Source of the DNA: Spirochaetales bacterium
GTDB lineage: Bacteria > Spirochaetota > Spirochaetia > Treponematales > UBA12059
DNA length: 64,000 nt
Direction of reading: 5' to 3'
Assembly (NCBI GenBank): GCA_016928955.1
Contig: JAFGJV010000029.1
Location: forward strand, 1-64,000
Positions 29,486 to 39,802 of the stretch are shown in pieces; position 1 is the stretch's first letter; the number at the start of each line of letters is the position of its first letter. The position numbers and the translations under genes are program-made. Below the pieces are notes generated by a model that saw nothing but the letters and a program-made list of their open reading frames with translations, was not told where the DNA came from and made no database searches.

Positions 29486-29643
29486 TGGCCCTTCCTCCTA
29501 ATAGCGTCCCGCGGCGGGGCCACGAAACGACTATAGAACATTCCCCTTTACAGTGCAAATCAAGCGCGTTATATTCTTGAATGAGCGTTCGTTCTTTATT
29601 AACCATCCGCGGCATACCGTGTTGCCACACTTGGGAGGATAGC

Positions 29644-30666
29644 ATGAAAACAGTATTGCTGACAGGAGCATTCGGGAATGTCGGGCAGAGCGCTTTGAAG
29701 GCCCTGAGAGAACTGGGCCATGCCGTACGGGCCTTTGAGTACCCCTCCCGTCGCAACAAGGCCCTGGCCAAGCGGCTGTGCGAACCCGGAGAGCTGATAT
29801 GGGGCGACATCAGGAACCCGGCGGAGGTCATGGCCGCCGCCAGGGACGTTGACGCGATCATACACCTGGCAGCCCTGATACCGCCCGGAGCCGACCGAAA
29901 TCCCGGCCTGGCGCGCCAGATCAACGTGGGCGGTACGGCTAACGTGCTGGCCGCCGCGCGGGCGTCGGACAAAAACCCCCGCCTGGTATTTTCGTCGTCC
30001 GTGGCCACCTACGGCGACCGCGTAAAGAATTTCTTCATACGGACGGACGATCCCCTGGCCCCTTGCCCGGATGACGTGTACGCGGCTCAGAAAGTAGAGT
30101 GCGAGGCCCTGGTCCGGAACAGCGGCCTGCCCTGGGTCATTTGCCGCCTGTCATACATCGTGTGCCGCAAAAAGCTGGCCATGGATTCGCTGATGTTCCG
30201 CATGCCCCTGGATACCCGGCTTGAGGTGTGCCACACGGAGGACACGGGCCTGGCCCTTGCCCGCGCGGCCTTCTGCGACCAGGCCCTGGGCGGCACCTAT
30301 AACCTGGCCGGCGGCCCGTCCTGCAGGACCAGCTTCCGCGAGTACCTGGACCGCATGCTGGCCATCTTCGGGCTGGGGGGCGTGGGCTTCCTGCCTGAGG
30401 AGGCTTTTTCCCAGACCGGTTACCACTGCGGCTACATGGACACCGAGGACTCGGAGCGCCTGTTCAGGTACCAGCGCAAGACGCTTGAGGATTATTACGC
30501 CGAGGTGGAGGAGGAGGCCCGGCCCGTGCGGTTCTGGGCACGTATGTTCCGGCCCCTGGCCCGGGCGTCCGTTCTGGCCCGGTCGCCCTACCTCAGGGCC
30601 TACCTGGCCGAGCGCGGCAAGCGGGCCATCCTGCACCCCGCGGCCGCCCGCCTGGTGTCCCGCTAG
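29644..30666 (+). CDS. NAD-dependent epimerase/dehydratase (extended SDR)
   Basis: TGAFGNVG, HLAA, YAAQK; GGAGG RBS. Confidence 0.9.
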   Translation: MKTVLLTGAFGNVGQSALKALRELGHAVRAFEYPSRRNKALAKRLCEPGELIWGDIRNPAEVMAAARDVDAIIHLAALIPPGADRNPGLARQINVGGTANVLAAARASDKNPRLVFSSSVATYGDRVKNFFIRTDDPLAPCPDDVYAAQKVECEALVRNSGLPWVICRLSYIVCRKKLAMDSLMFRMPLDTRLEVCHTEDTGLALARAAFCDQALGGTYNLAGGPSCRTSFREYLDRMLAIFGLGGVGFLPEEAFSQTGYHCGYMDTEDSERLFRYQRKTLEDYYAEVEEEARPVRFWARMFRPLARASVLARSPYLRAYLAERGKRAILHPAAARLVSR

Positions 30667-31301
30667 CTACCCGACCCGGCATCCGGCGGGACGCTTTCCG
30701 CCGGCGCGACCTTGGGCAGGCTGATCCTGAACGCGCCCTCTATGACCAGGCGTATGAAGCTCATCACGTCGCGCTCGCCCAGGGACAGGCCGGCCATGCG
30801 CGCCACGCGTATGGTGTCCATACTGCCCAGAAAGAACACGGCTATGGCCGTGATGGCCTGCTTGGGCGACAGGGACACGGTCATGCCGCGCTCGCGGGCC
30901 AACTCGTTGACCACCGAGCCTATGAGCGCGCCCAGGCGCTCCAGTTTGTCGTTGATGTCCGTATAACGGAGGCCGTCTGACATTATGAGGGATATGAATT
31001 CCACGTCGGCCAGCAGCCGCGGCAGGAAACTGTCCACGATCAGGGCCATGCGCCCGGCCGGTGACGGCTCGGCGGCGCAGGCGCGCTCCACTTCGTCGTA
31101 GAACTGGCTCCAGCCCTCGTCTATGGCCGTGCGTATGATGTCGTCCTTGTTCTGGAAATACGTGTACACCGTGCCCACGGGCAGGTCCACGCCCTTGACG
31201 ATGTCCTGGACGCTGGTGGCATGAAAGCCACGCTCGGCAAACAGGCGCTTGGCCTCCGCCAGGATGCCCAGGCGCTTGGATTCGTCGCGTTCGCGTGCCA
31301 T
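30663..31301 (-). CDS. TetR/AcrR family regulator
   Basis: N-terminal HTH LFAERGFHATSVQDI...GTVYTYFQNK. Confidence 0.93.
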   Translation of the reverse strand: MARERDESKRLGILAEAKRLFAERGFHATSVQDIVKGVDLPVGTVYTYFQNKDDIIRTAIDEGWSQFYDEVERACAAEPSPAGRMALIVDSFLPRLLADVEFISLIMSDGLRYTDINDKLERLGALIGSVVNELARERGMTVSLSPKQAITAIAVFFLGSMDTIRVARMAGLSLGERDVMSFIRLVIEGAFRISLPKVAPAESVPPDAGSGS

Positions 31302-31303
31302 GC

Positions 31304-31804
31304 CTACTCCTTCAGCGGGCGGAACACGCCACGCTCGAAATCCTTGCGCACGTTGTCCCAGGCGTAGGTGCGGCTGTTCATGGCTATGTACACGCCCGGC
31401 GGCAGGAGCCTGGCCGCCATGAATGCTGAGCCCAGGTTGAAAAGAGCGTCCGAACCCGTGAACTGGAAGGGCACCATGGCGCCCGTAAGCACGATGGTCT
31501 TGTCCAGGCCCGCCGGCCCCAGGACTCCGGCGGTTTCCGGCATGCGGTCCGTGCCGTGGGTAATGACGATGCGCGACTCTGGCGCCCGGGCGCAGGCTTC
31601 CAGCACGGCCGCGCGGTGCTCGTCCGTCATCTGCAGGCTGTCTATCAGCTGGACCAGTTCCAGCTCCACCGGTGACGTGATGCGCGCGCGCTTGATGATA
31701 TCCGGCAGATGGGTGTCGCGGAACGTCAGCTCGCCCTTGATCTCGTCGTAATGCTTGTCAAAGGTGCCGCCGGTGATGATGAGCCTGATAGGGTCGTCGT
31801 TCAT
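31304..31804 (-). CDS. Short asparaginase-domain protein
   Basis: TGGTFDK, THGTD, LTGAMVP. Confidence 0.87.
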   Translation of the reverse strand: MNDDPIRLIITGGTFDKHYDEIKGELTFRDTHLPDIIKRARITSPVELELVQLIDSLQMTDEHRAAVLEACARAPESRIVITHGTDRMPETAGVLGPAGLDKTIVLTGAMVPFQFTGSDALFNLGSAFMAARLLPPGVYIAMNSRTYAWDNVRKDFERGVFRPLKE

Positions 31805-31974
31805 GGAGCTGCTCCTGGATGAGGCAGGGACGCGGGATAGGGCCGGCTCCAGGACGCGCTGGGGCCATCCGCTACCGCCTGAGCCAGTATCGCGCGGACC
31901 GCGCCCTTTTGACAAGCGCCCCGCGGGCGGGCATACTGGCGGGCGGGCCGGAACCCCGGCGGGAGGTTTTTAGC

Positions 31975-32529
31975 ATGATCCACGCTATTGGCAACTCGGA
32001 GCCGGACCTAGCCCAGGGCGTGTTCGTGGCCTGGAACGCCGAGGTGGCCGGCCAGGTCAGCATGGGACCGGGTTCGTCGGTGTGGTTCTCAGCCACGCTC
32101 AGGGCAGACGTGGCGCCCATACGCGTGGGCAGGAACAGCAACCTGCAGGACGGCGTGGTGGTGCATGTGGACGAGGGCCTGCCCTGCGTGATAGGCGACG
32201 ATGTGACCGTGGGCCACCGGGCCATCCTGCACGGTTGCCAGATAGGGGACGGCAGCCTGATAGGCATGGGGGCCATCGTGCTGGACCGGGCTCAGATAGG
32301 AGCCGAATCCCTGATCGGCGCGGGCGCCCTGGTCACCCAGGGCAAGACCTTCCCTCCCCGCTCGCTGATCCTGGGGAGCCCCGCCCGTCTGGTCAGGCAG
32401 CTCAGCGACGACGAGGCGGCCGGCCTGCGCCAGAGCGCGGCCCACTACGCGGACAAGGCCGCGCGCAGCGCCGACTACCGGCCGCTGGATACCGGCGCGT
32501 CGCCCACTACCACGGGCCGGCCTTGCTAG
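31975..32529 (+). CDS. Gamma carbonic anhydrase family protein
   Basis: Hexapeptide repeats; SNLQDGVVVH, VGHRAILHGC. Confidence 0.92.
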   Translation: MIHAIGNSEPDLAQGVFVAWNAEVAGQVSMGPGSSVWFSATLRADVAPIRVGRNSNLQDGVVVHVDEGLPCVIGDDVTVGHRAILHGCQIGDGSLIGMGAIVLDRAQIGAESLIGAGALVTQGKTFPPRSLILGSPARLVRQLSDDEAAGLRQSAAHYADKAARSADYRPLDTGASPTTTGRPC

Positions 32530-32561
32530 CTGGCCGCCGGGGCGCTATCGTTAAGCGTGCC

Positions 32562-33329
32562 ATGCCCGACAACTCGTCGCCATTCGGCAAGAAGGTATTC
32601 TTCCTCAACCCGCCATCCGTGCTGTCCGAGGTGCTTCCGGCCCTGGCCGCCGCGGAATTCGAGGTGTACACCACCAGCGACCACGCCAAGCTGGGCAGGT
32701 ACCTGGCCAAGGATCCGGCCTGCCTGGTTTTTGTCAACATAGACGCCGGGGCTGAGGAAAGCACCTGGCGGACCTGGCTGGCGTCCTTTCCCAAAAACGG
32801 CGACGGTCCCGGCTTTGGCGTTATCACCATGCTGCCGGACGACGAGCGTCGCTCGATATACCTTATGGAGCTTGGCCTCAGCTGCGGCTTCATAGCCGTC
32901 AAGATGGGGAGCGCGCGCACCTCGGACATCCTGCTCAAGACCCTTGAAGCCAACGAAGCCCGGGGCCGCAGGCGCTACGTGCGCGCCCAGTGCGAGCCGG
33001 GCACGGCCGACTTCAACTGCCAGACGGACACGGGCACGCTCAGGGGATCCATACTGGACATCAGCGTGGCCGGCATGGCGGCGGATTTCCATGACGGGAC
33101 GACGCCCCGCCAGGGCTTAAGGCTCAAGGACCTCCAGCTGAACCTGAAAGGCTCGCGGGTGCTGGTCAACGGCGTGGTGGTGGGCGGGCGCAGCGACGAC
33201 AACGGCTCCAACGTGCGCGTCATCATGTTCGAGCCCGGCAGCATGGACGACCCCAAGCGGGACAAGGTCCGGAGCTTTGTCAGCCGCGTGCTCCAGGCGA
33301 CCATGGACACCGAGCTGGCGTCAGTATAG
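32562..33329 (+). CDS. PilZ-domain protein
   Basis: RRRYVR (RxxxR) and DISVAG (DxSxxG). Confidence 0.85.
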   Translation: MPDNSSPFGKKVFFLNPPSVLSEVLPALAAAEFEVYTTSDHAKLGRYLAKDPACLVFVNIDAGAEESTWRTWLASFPKNGDGPGFGVITMLPDDERRSIYLMELGLSCGFIAVKMGSARTSDILLKTLEANEARGRRRYVRAQCEPGTADFNCQTDTGTLRGSILDISVAGMAADFHDGTTPRQGLRLKDLQLNLKGSRVLVNGVVVGGRSDDNGSNVRVIMFEPGSMDDPKRDKVRSFVSRVLQATMDTELASV

Positions 33330-33348
33330 CCACCCGGGCGGGCAGGAC

Positions 33349-35088
33349 TCAGCGCTTGCCGTCAGGCCGCCTGGGGCCCGGCTTGCGGCCGGGCTTGCCG
33401 TGGGCGTATGGCCGACCCGGTCCCCGGGGAGCCGGGCCCTTGGGCGTGGCCAACTTCACGAAGGGCGCTCCCCGGTGCCGCCGCGCCTCGGCTATGGCCC
33501 GCTCGGCCGCCTCAAAGGGTATGGTGGCGAACGAGAAGCGCTCCAGGACCTCTATGTCGTCGATCTGCCTATCCGGCAGCCCAGTCAGGCGCTTGACCAC
33601 CTCGGCTATGTCCTTGGGCCAGGCTCCGTCGCGCTTGCCTACGCCCACGTACAGCCGAGCGGTGCCCGTCTGGTCCACCGTCACGTCACGCACTTCGCCG
33701 TAGCGGCGGGGGTCCAGGTCGGAACCGTAGGCGACCACAGCCAGGGAGGCCAGCGCGTCGCGCGGCTCCAGCCGGGCCAAGAGGCCGTCAGCCAGGCTGT
33801 AAAAAGCGGCAGCGGGACCGGCGGCCGCTGCGGTAGCGCCGCTGTCGGAAACGCCACCCTCGTCGGCATCGTCGTCGTCCTCGGGCACGTCCAAACCCAG
33901 CACGTCGCGGGCCGCGGCCTCGGCCTTGACCAGGATGCGGCCGCGCTTGGCGTCTATCACGTCGGTCACGGACGGCACCGCGCCCTTGCGCAGCCCGTCG
34001 CCGGACGCCTTTCTAAGGAAGAACAGGCGCCTGTTTTCCTCCGGCGTCACAAAGGTGATGGCCGTGCCCCGGTTGCCCGCCCGTCCGGTCCGGCCTATGC
34101 GGTGGGTATAGGATTCCGGGTCGTAGGGCAGGTTGTAGTTGATCACGTGGGTCAGGCGCTCCACGTCTATGCCGCGGGCGGCCACGTCCGTGGCCACCAG
34201 GATGAGGGTCTTGCGTTCGCGGAAGCGTCCCAGGGTGCGCTCGCGCATGTCCTGGGACACGTCGCCATGCAGGGCCTCTGACGCGTAGCCGCGCTCGGCC
34301 AGGGCCCTGGCCACGGCGTCGGTTTCTATCTTGGTGTGGCAGAACACCAGGCCGTAAAATTCATCCTCCGAATCGACGATGCGGCAGAGGGCCTCCAGCT
34401 TGTCGCGCTCGCGCACCTCCAGCCACACCTGGTCGGTCAGTCCGGCTTCCACCGGTTTGGTGGCGTCCTCCACCTGCTCGAAGGTGCCCAGGCGCTTGCG
34501 GGCTATGGACAGAATGGGCGACGGCATGGTTGCCGAGAACAGCACCACGCGGCGGCCGGGGTTGGCCGCGTCCATGACGCGCTCGATGTCCTCTATGAAG
34601 CCCATGTCCAGCATCTCGTCGGCTTCATCCAGCACCAGCCACTCGAGCTGTGACAGGTCCAGGGTGCCGCGGTCTATGTGGTCCAGGACCCGGCCCGGCG
34701 TGCCCACCACCAGGTCCACGCCCCTGGCCAGGCGCCTGAGCTGCTCGCCCATGGACGCCCCGCCGTACACGGTGGCTATGCGGGGGCTGCCCCCGGCGGA
34801 GAAGCTCCCGATTTCAGCCGACACCTGCAAGGCCAGCTCTCGGGTGGGCACCAGCACCAGGGCGCGCACCTTGGGCCCCGGCTCCCTGAGCTTGTCCACC
34901 AAGGGGAGCCCGAAGGCCGCCGTTTTGCCGGTGCCCGTGCGGGCCTTGGCCAGCAGGTGGGCGTCGCCGGATAGAAGGCGCGGAATGGCCAAGGCCTGTA
35001 TGGGAGTGGGCTCCTCAAAACCTTTACGGGCAAGGGCTGCGAGCACGGCCTCGGACAGGCCGAAATCTGAAAATGAGGCTGGGGTCAT
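33349..35088 (-). CDS. DEAD-box RNA helicase with DbpA-type C-terminal domain
   Basis: ARTGTGKT, PTRELA, DEAD, SAT, HRIGRTGRAG; TAAGGA RBS. Confidence 0.95.
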   Translation of the reverse strand: MTPASFSDFGLSEAVLAALARKGFEEPTPIQALAIPRLLSGDAHLLAKARTGTGKTAAFGLPLVDKLREPGPKVRALVLVPTRELALQVSAEIGSFSAGGSPRIATVYGGASMGEQLRRLARGVDLVVGTPGRVLDHIDRGTLDLSQLEWLVLDEADEMLDMGFIEDIERVMDAANPGRRVVLFSATMPSPILSIARKRLGTFEQVEDATKPVEAGLTDQVWLEVRERDKLEALCRIVDSEDEFYGLVFCHTKIETDAVARALAERGYASEALHGDVSQDMRERTLGRFRERKTLILVATDVAARGIDVERLTHVINYNLPYDPESYTHRIGRTGRAGNRGTAITFVTPEENRRLFFLRKASGDGLRKGAVPSVTDVIDAKRGRILVKAEAAARDVLGLDVPEDDDDADEGGVSDSGATAAAAGPAAAFYSLADGLLARLEPRDALASLAVVAYGSDLDPRRYGEVRDVTVDQTGTARLYVGVGKRDGAWPKDIAEVVKRLTGLPDRQIDDIEVLERFSFATIPFEAAERAIAEARRHRGAPFVKLATPKGPAPRGPGRPYAHGKPGRKPGPRRPDGKR

Positions 35089-35268
35089 GGGTATCCTTAC
35101 AGTTCGGAAAACGGCTGGCGGCCCATAAGACGGGTCGCAGCTCGGGGGGAGTACGACAACGGGCGTATCCGACACGACCGCGCGTCAGAGCATGCCGAAG
35201 GGGAGCGTTCCCGCGAGACTTTTCAAGTATACAGCAATATACGCGGGCCTTTCAAGGACAGGCGGCCC

Positions 35269-36303
35269 TTACGGCACGGGATAACGCGCGATACGTATCC
35301 ATGCGTCGGGATGGGCGGCAACCAGGTCAGCCCAGCCAAGGCGGGCCCTGCTCTCCGCGTCAAAGGCGTGTATGGCGTACGACCCGTCCGCGCCGCGTAC
35401 CGGGACCAGGACCAGGCGGATGCTCGTATCCCCGGCACTCAGTTCCGCCATGTACGCGTACGGGGCTCCCGCCAGGCTGACCAAGAGCCCTCCGGCTCCG
35501 GCCAGGGGCAAGCCCTTGTCCGGATCGGGGGCCAGGGTAGCATACGGACCGGCCAGACGTGCGTCACTTGCCGTCCATGCCTGGTTCCAGGGCAAGCTGG
35601 TCAGAGACTCGGCCGCCGCTTGGGGGTGGCCAGCGGCCTCAAGATAGGCTCCGTCCGGGCCCGTGCCGGCGGCAGCCTTGAGAAAGGCGGTAGCCGCTTT
35701 TGACGGCTTGGCGGCGGCGAGCTGGTCTGCAAAGGCGGCCGCGCCTTGGTTGCCCGCGGGGCCAAGCACCAGCGGCCACTCTATGCCGCCCTTGCTGAGG
35801 TCATGCAGGTAGGAAAACGGCTTCATGAGGAAGTAGTACAGCAGAGAATTGAGCGACAGCCCCGAGCGCACGAGCGAGCCGCCGGCCACGAACTGGACCA
35901 GGGTCCGCTCGTTCTTGGGGGTCAGGCTCAGCCACGACAGGCCGTCATCGGACAGCATCCAGAGTATCTCGCGCATGTAGCCCGTGGCAGCGTCCCGCCG
36001 GACGATCACGTTGCCCCGCGACCCGTAGGGGTAGCTACCTTCCCGCTCTCTCAGGAAGAGCACGTACACGTTGTTCCCGTCTTTTTCCACGGACACGCGC
36101 ACCTTGCCCCAGGGCGTGTCCCGGTACGCCGGTTTCCAGGCCAGGGCCTTTGCTATGGGTGCGGTAACAACGGCGGACAGGAATTCCGAGCGGACGGCTG
36201 CGTAATCAGGCATGGCCTTGAGCGCCGCGGGGTCGGCTGGGGTCGCGTGGGCGGACACGGATGCGGCAAGTATGAAAAGGGCTATAAGCGACGATTGGCG
36301 CAT
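35269..36303 (-). CDS. Hypothetical exported protein
   Basis: Signal peptide MRQSSLIALFILAASVSAHA; no recognised domain. Confidence 0.7.
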   Translation of the reverse strand: MRQSSLIALFILAASVSAHATPADPAALKAMPDYAAVRSEFLSAVVTAPIAKALAWKPAYRDTPWGKVRVSVEKDGNNVYVLFLREREGSYPYGSRGNVIVRRDAATGYMREILWMLSDDGLSWLSLTPKNERTLVQFVAGGSLVRSGLSLNSLLYYFLMKPFSYLHDLSKGGIEWPLVLGPAGNQGAAAFADQLAAAKPSKAATAFLKAAAGTGPDGAYLEAAGHPQAAAESLTSLPWNQAWTASDARLAGPYATLAPDPDKGLPLAGAGGLLVSLAGAPYAYMAELSAGDTSIRLVLVPVRGADGSYAIHAFDAESRARLGWADLVAAHPDAWIRIARYPVP

Positions 36304-36450
36304 CGGCGGCGGCTCCACGAACATGTGTATGGGTAGCGGGCATGCGCCCGCGGCGGACCATACTAGCACAAAACAGCGTCCGAGTCAGCACTCCGACCGA
36401 GCCGAGGCCCCTTTCCATCAGGGCCAGGAGCGGGGTATGCTCGGCGTCCG

Positions 36451-37587
36451 ATGCTAGTGAACGAGCTTGCCCATCTGCGCGGCGCCACGGTTGCCGTGGG
36501 CCTTTCAGGAGGCGTGGATTCATCCCTGGTCATGGCCCTTTTGGCCGATGCCGGCGTCCGCCCGGTTGGCCTGACCATGAAGCTGTACGAACACGCGGAC
36601 AGCGGACTCGCCCCTCCCGGGACGGCCTGCTACGGCGTTGGCAAACAAGACGACATAGCCGCGGCCCGCCGCCTGTGCGAACGGTACGGCGCCCCCTACC
36701 GCGTCGTCGACCTCAGCAGGGACTACGAGGAGCGCGTCCTCACCTATTTCCGGACCGAATACCTGGCCGGACGCACGCCCAATCCCTGCGTGCGCTGCAA
36801 CCTGGAGATAAAATTCGGCCTCCTTCTGGAGCGGGCGCGGCAGGCTGGGCTGTGCTTTGATTACTTTGCCACCGGCCATTACGCGCGCATAGAGGACCGC
36901 TACGGCGTGCCCCACCTGCGCACGGCCCTGGTGGAAGCCAAGGACCAGAGCTACTTCCTCTACCGCCTGCCGCCGGACGTCCTGCGCTCCACCATCTTCC
37001 CCCTCGGCGGCATGTCCAAGCCTGACGTGCGCGCCCTGGCCGCTTCCCTGGGCATCGAGGCGGCCCACAAGGCTGACAGCCAGGATTTCTACGGGGGCGA
37101 CTATGGCGAACTCCTTGGGTCCACCGAGCCCGGCGACATAGTGGACGCAAGCGGCCGCGTGCTCGGTCGCCACAAAGGTTTGGGACACTACACCATAGGC
37201 CAGCGCCGTGGCATAGGCACCAGCCTGGGGCCGCGGCCCATGTACGTGGCCGCCCTGGATCCGGCGCAAAACCGCGTGGTCGTGGCCGACGACGCCAGCC
37301 TCTACGCCCCCGGTCTGGATGGCTCGGACGCCGTGCTGACTGACCGGCGCCTGGACGGAACGGAACTGCGCGCCTGGGTGCGCATACGACAGAACCACAA
37401 GCCGGCGGCGTCCACGGTACTGGTACGGGGCGGGTCTGCATCCGTGCGCTTTGACGAACCCCAACGCGCCCTGGCGCCGGGCCAGTCGGCCGTTTTCTAC
37501 GACCAGGACGGCTTTGTGCTGGGCGGCTGCGTCATAGACCGGGCCCACGCAAGTGGCCAGCCGGGTCTTCCGCCCGCCACGAGGTGA
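36451..37587 (+). CDS. mnmA: tRNA 2-thiouridine(34) synthase
   Basis: SGGVDS, TPNPCVRCN, ATGHY, KDQSYFL, YTIGQRRG. Confidence 0.94.
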   Translation: MLVNELAHLRGATVAVGLSGGVDSSLVMALLADAGVRPVGLTMKLYEHADSGLAPPGTACYGVGKQDDIAAARRLCERYGAPYRVVDLSRDYEERVLTYFRTEYLAGRTPNPCVRCNLEIKFGLLLERARQAGLCFDYFATGHYARIEDRYGVPHLRTALVEAKDQSYFLYRLPPDVLRSTIFPLGGMSKPDVRALAASLGIEAAHKADSQDFYGGDYGELLGSTEPGDIVDASGRVLGRHKGLGHYTIGQRRGIGTSLGPRPMYVAALDPAQNRVVVADDASLYAPGLDGSDAVLTDRRLDGTELRAWVRIRQNHKPAASTVLVRGGSASVRFDEPQRALAPGQSAVFYDQDGFVLGGCVIDRAHASGQPGLPPATR

Positions 37588-37625
37588 ATTTGCGTTAACC
37601 GAGGCCCGCGCCTACACTTTCTGGC

Positions 37626-39230
37626 ATGAAACTTGTCGACGTGTACAAAGACGCTGACGTGGTGGTACGGCACAAGGCGCCCGGCGTCCGCGTGGTCGCC
37701 CTGGTCATCATGTGCGGTGCCGCAGCCGCCCTGATCATGGACGTGCTGTCCAGCGACTGGGTCGTGGCGGGGGTGGAAGCCTTCCTGCTCCTGTGCATGG
37801 TGTCGTCGCTCATCCTCCTTTATACAGGGAAATACCGCCCGGCCAGTTTGTTGATCCTGGGCATTGCTTCCCTGGCCACCCTTACCCTGGGGCTGGTCCT
37901 TAAAGAGCCGTCGGTGCATAAAACCTACCAGGCCTTCTTTTACATGGTGCCCATACCCATAGCCGCCCTGCTTCTGGGCGACCGGGCCCTCTACCCCCTG
38001 GGCGCGAGCGCGTTCGGGCTCCTGTCGGCCTACACCGTGGTGCTGGTCCGGATACTGCCCAACGCGGCAGGCGAGTCGCCATGGGAACCCTTGATCATAG
38101 CGACGATCTTCTTCGGCGTTACATCCGCGTTCTGCGTGCTGGTGTCCGTGATGGAAACGCGGGTCTTGAGGTCCATGGACGCCACCCTGAAGCTGGTGCA
38201 GACGAACATAGGCAAGGCCGCGGACATAGCCGGCTCGTCCACGGCCCAGAAGGAAGCCACCGAGGCCGTCCGCCAGCTGTACGCAGGCACCAAAGCCGAG
38301 AACGAGCGCATAGAGGCCCAGGTGCGCGACTCGAAAGAAGCGACCACGGCCCTGGACTCGGACATGGGAGCCATACTGGACGCCGTCAGGAGGAGTTCGG
38401 AGCTTGCCCGCGAGTTCTCCGGGCTGGTGGACGACCAGAACGCAGTGGCCGTGGAGTCGAGCGCGGCCGTCCACCAGATGGCGGCCAGCCTGGACAGCGT
38501 GTCCAAGCTGACCGTGCAGAAGAAAGACGCCGCCCTGCGGCTCTTGGGCGTTGCGGACACCGGCCGCTCGTCCGTGGACGAACTGGGCAGGGCCTTTGAG
38601 ACCACGGTCAAGGACATAGGCGCCCTCCTCAACGTCATCGAGGTGGTGAGCGAGATAGCCGACCGCACCAACCTCTTGTCCATGAACGCCGCCATAGAGG
38701 CCGCCCACGCCGGGGACTCCGGCAAGGGCTTTGCCGTGGTTGCCAACGAGATACGCACCCTGGCCGAGTCGTCCGCCGACAACGCCGGAGCCATAGCCCG
38801 CGACCTCCACCGCATCATGGACGCCGTGAGCTCGACGGAGGGCCACGTCAAGAACGTGGACAGGTCGATGAACGAGATAGGAGCGGAAATCCGCCGCGTG
38901 GCTGACGCCTTTGAGGAAATCCTCCGCTCGGTTGAGGAACTGGTAGCTGGCGGCCGGGACATAGACCAAGCCATGCGCAACCTGTCTGACACGTCCGTCA
39001 AGGTCAGGGACGGGTCCCGGCGCATCGAGTCCGAGCAGACGGAAGCCGAGAAGCGCGTATCCGCAGCCCGCTCGGTGGCGTCGCGCCTGGCCGCGGACAC
39101 GGAACGCATCCAGGAAGCCAGCGCGGCAGCAGCCGAGTCCATGGCCCGCCTGGAGGGCCTGATAGCCAGGGCGGACCAGGAATCGGATGCCGTGCGCCTG
39201 GCCGTCAGCGAGCTTGCGTCAGGGGGCTGA
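37626..39230 (+). CDS. Methyl-accepting chemotaxis protein, multi-TM sensor
   Basis: About six TMs; TNLLSMNAAIEAAHAGDSGKGFAVVANEIRTLA. Confidence 0.94.
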   Translation: MKLVDVYKDADVVVRHKAPGVRVVALVIMCGAAAALIMDVLSSDWVVAGVEAFLLLCMVSSLILLYTGKYRPASLLILGIASLATLTLGLVLKEPSVHKTYQAFFYMVPIPIAALLLGDRALYPLGASAFGLLSAYTVVLVRILPNAAGESPWEPLIIATIFFGVTSAFCVLVSVMETRVLRSMDATLKLVQTNIGKAADIAGSSTAQKEATEAVRQLYAGTKAENERIEAQVRDSKEATTALDSDMGAILDAVRRSSELAREFSGLVDDQNAVAVESSAAVHQMAASLDSVSKLTVQKKDAALRLLGVADTGRSSVDELGRAFETTVKDIGALLNVIEVVSEIADRTNLLSMNAAIEAAHAGDSGKGFAVVANEIRTLAESSADNAGAIARDLHRIMDAVSSTEGHVKNVDRSMNEIGAEIRRVADAFEEILRSVEELVAGGRDIDQAMRNLSDTSVKVRDGSRRIESEQTEAEKRVSAARSVASRLAADTERIQEASAAAAESMARLEGLIARADQESDAVRLAVSELASGG

Positions 39231-39250
39231 CAGGCCGTATAGTAGTCGGC

Positions 39251-39748
39251 ATGAACTACAGACTCATCAAAGCCGTCGCAGCCTCGGCCCTGTTGTTCGC
39301 CGCCTGCGTCGGTGCTCCCGAGCAGGGCGAACCGGCTGCCGACACGGCTACGGGCTCTTCCCTGGAGGCTCCCACCGTGACCGGAACCGTTGAAACCCGT
39401 GTCCTCCTCTCCGGGCAGAACGCCCGGACCGAGGAGGAATCAACCCTGGTCATCCGCAACCAGGATGCCTTTGTATCCCTGTGGATGAGCGTCGCTTCGT
39501 CGCCCACCCCCGAGGTGGACTTTGAGAACAACGCGGTGGTCGCCTCCTTCATGGGGCGCAGGAAAACCGGCGGATACTCAGTCAGCGTGCTCAGGGCCGA
39601 AACCCTGTCCGACGGCCGCGTGCGCGTCGTCCTTACAAACAACGCTCCCAAGCCCGGCATGATGGTTACCCAGGCCCTGACCAGCCCGTTTATCGTCCTG
39701 GCCGTCCCGGTCACCGGCTACGACGTCATCGTGGCCTTCGAGAACTGA
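39251..39748 (+). CDS. prcB: PrcB-family (protease complex subunit) lipoprotein
   Basis: Lipobox FAAC; PEVDF...FMGRRKTGGYSV...PKPGMMVTQALTSPF is the PrcB C-terminal pattern. Confidence 0.8.
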   Translation: MNYRLIKAVAASALLFAACVGAPEQGEPAADTATGSSLEAPTVTGTVETRVLLSGQNARTEEESTLVIRNQDAFVSLWMSVASSPTPEVDFENNAVVASFMGRRKTGGYSVSVLRAETLSDGRVRVVLTNNAPKPGMMVTQALTSPFIVLAVPVTGYDVIVAFEN

Positions 39749-39770
39749 ACCGAGGACCGCTCCCGCACGC

Positions 39771-39800
39771 TTGACCGCCCCGTCCCCGGGGCGGTACATT
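39771..39800 (+). promoter_or_regulatory. Putative ssrA promoter
   Basis: TTGACC-18 bp-TACATT. Confidence 0.55.
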
Positions 39801-39802
39801 TA

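Noticed and set aside
31304..31804. Asparaginase lacking a C-terminal domain
   Set aside because: Short single-domain asparaginase-like proteins are a known form; motifs intact, no frameshift evident.
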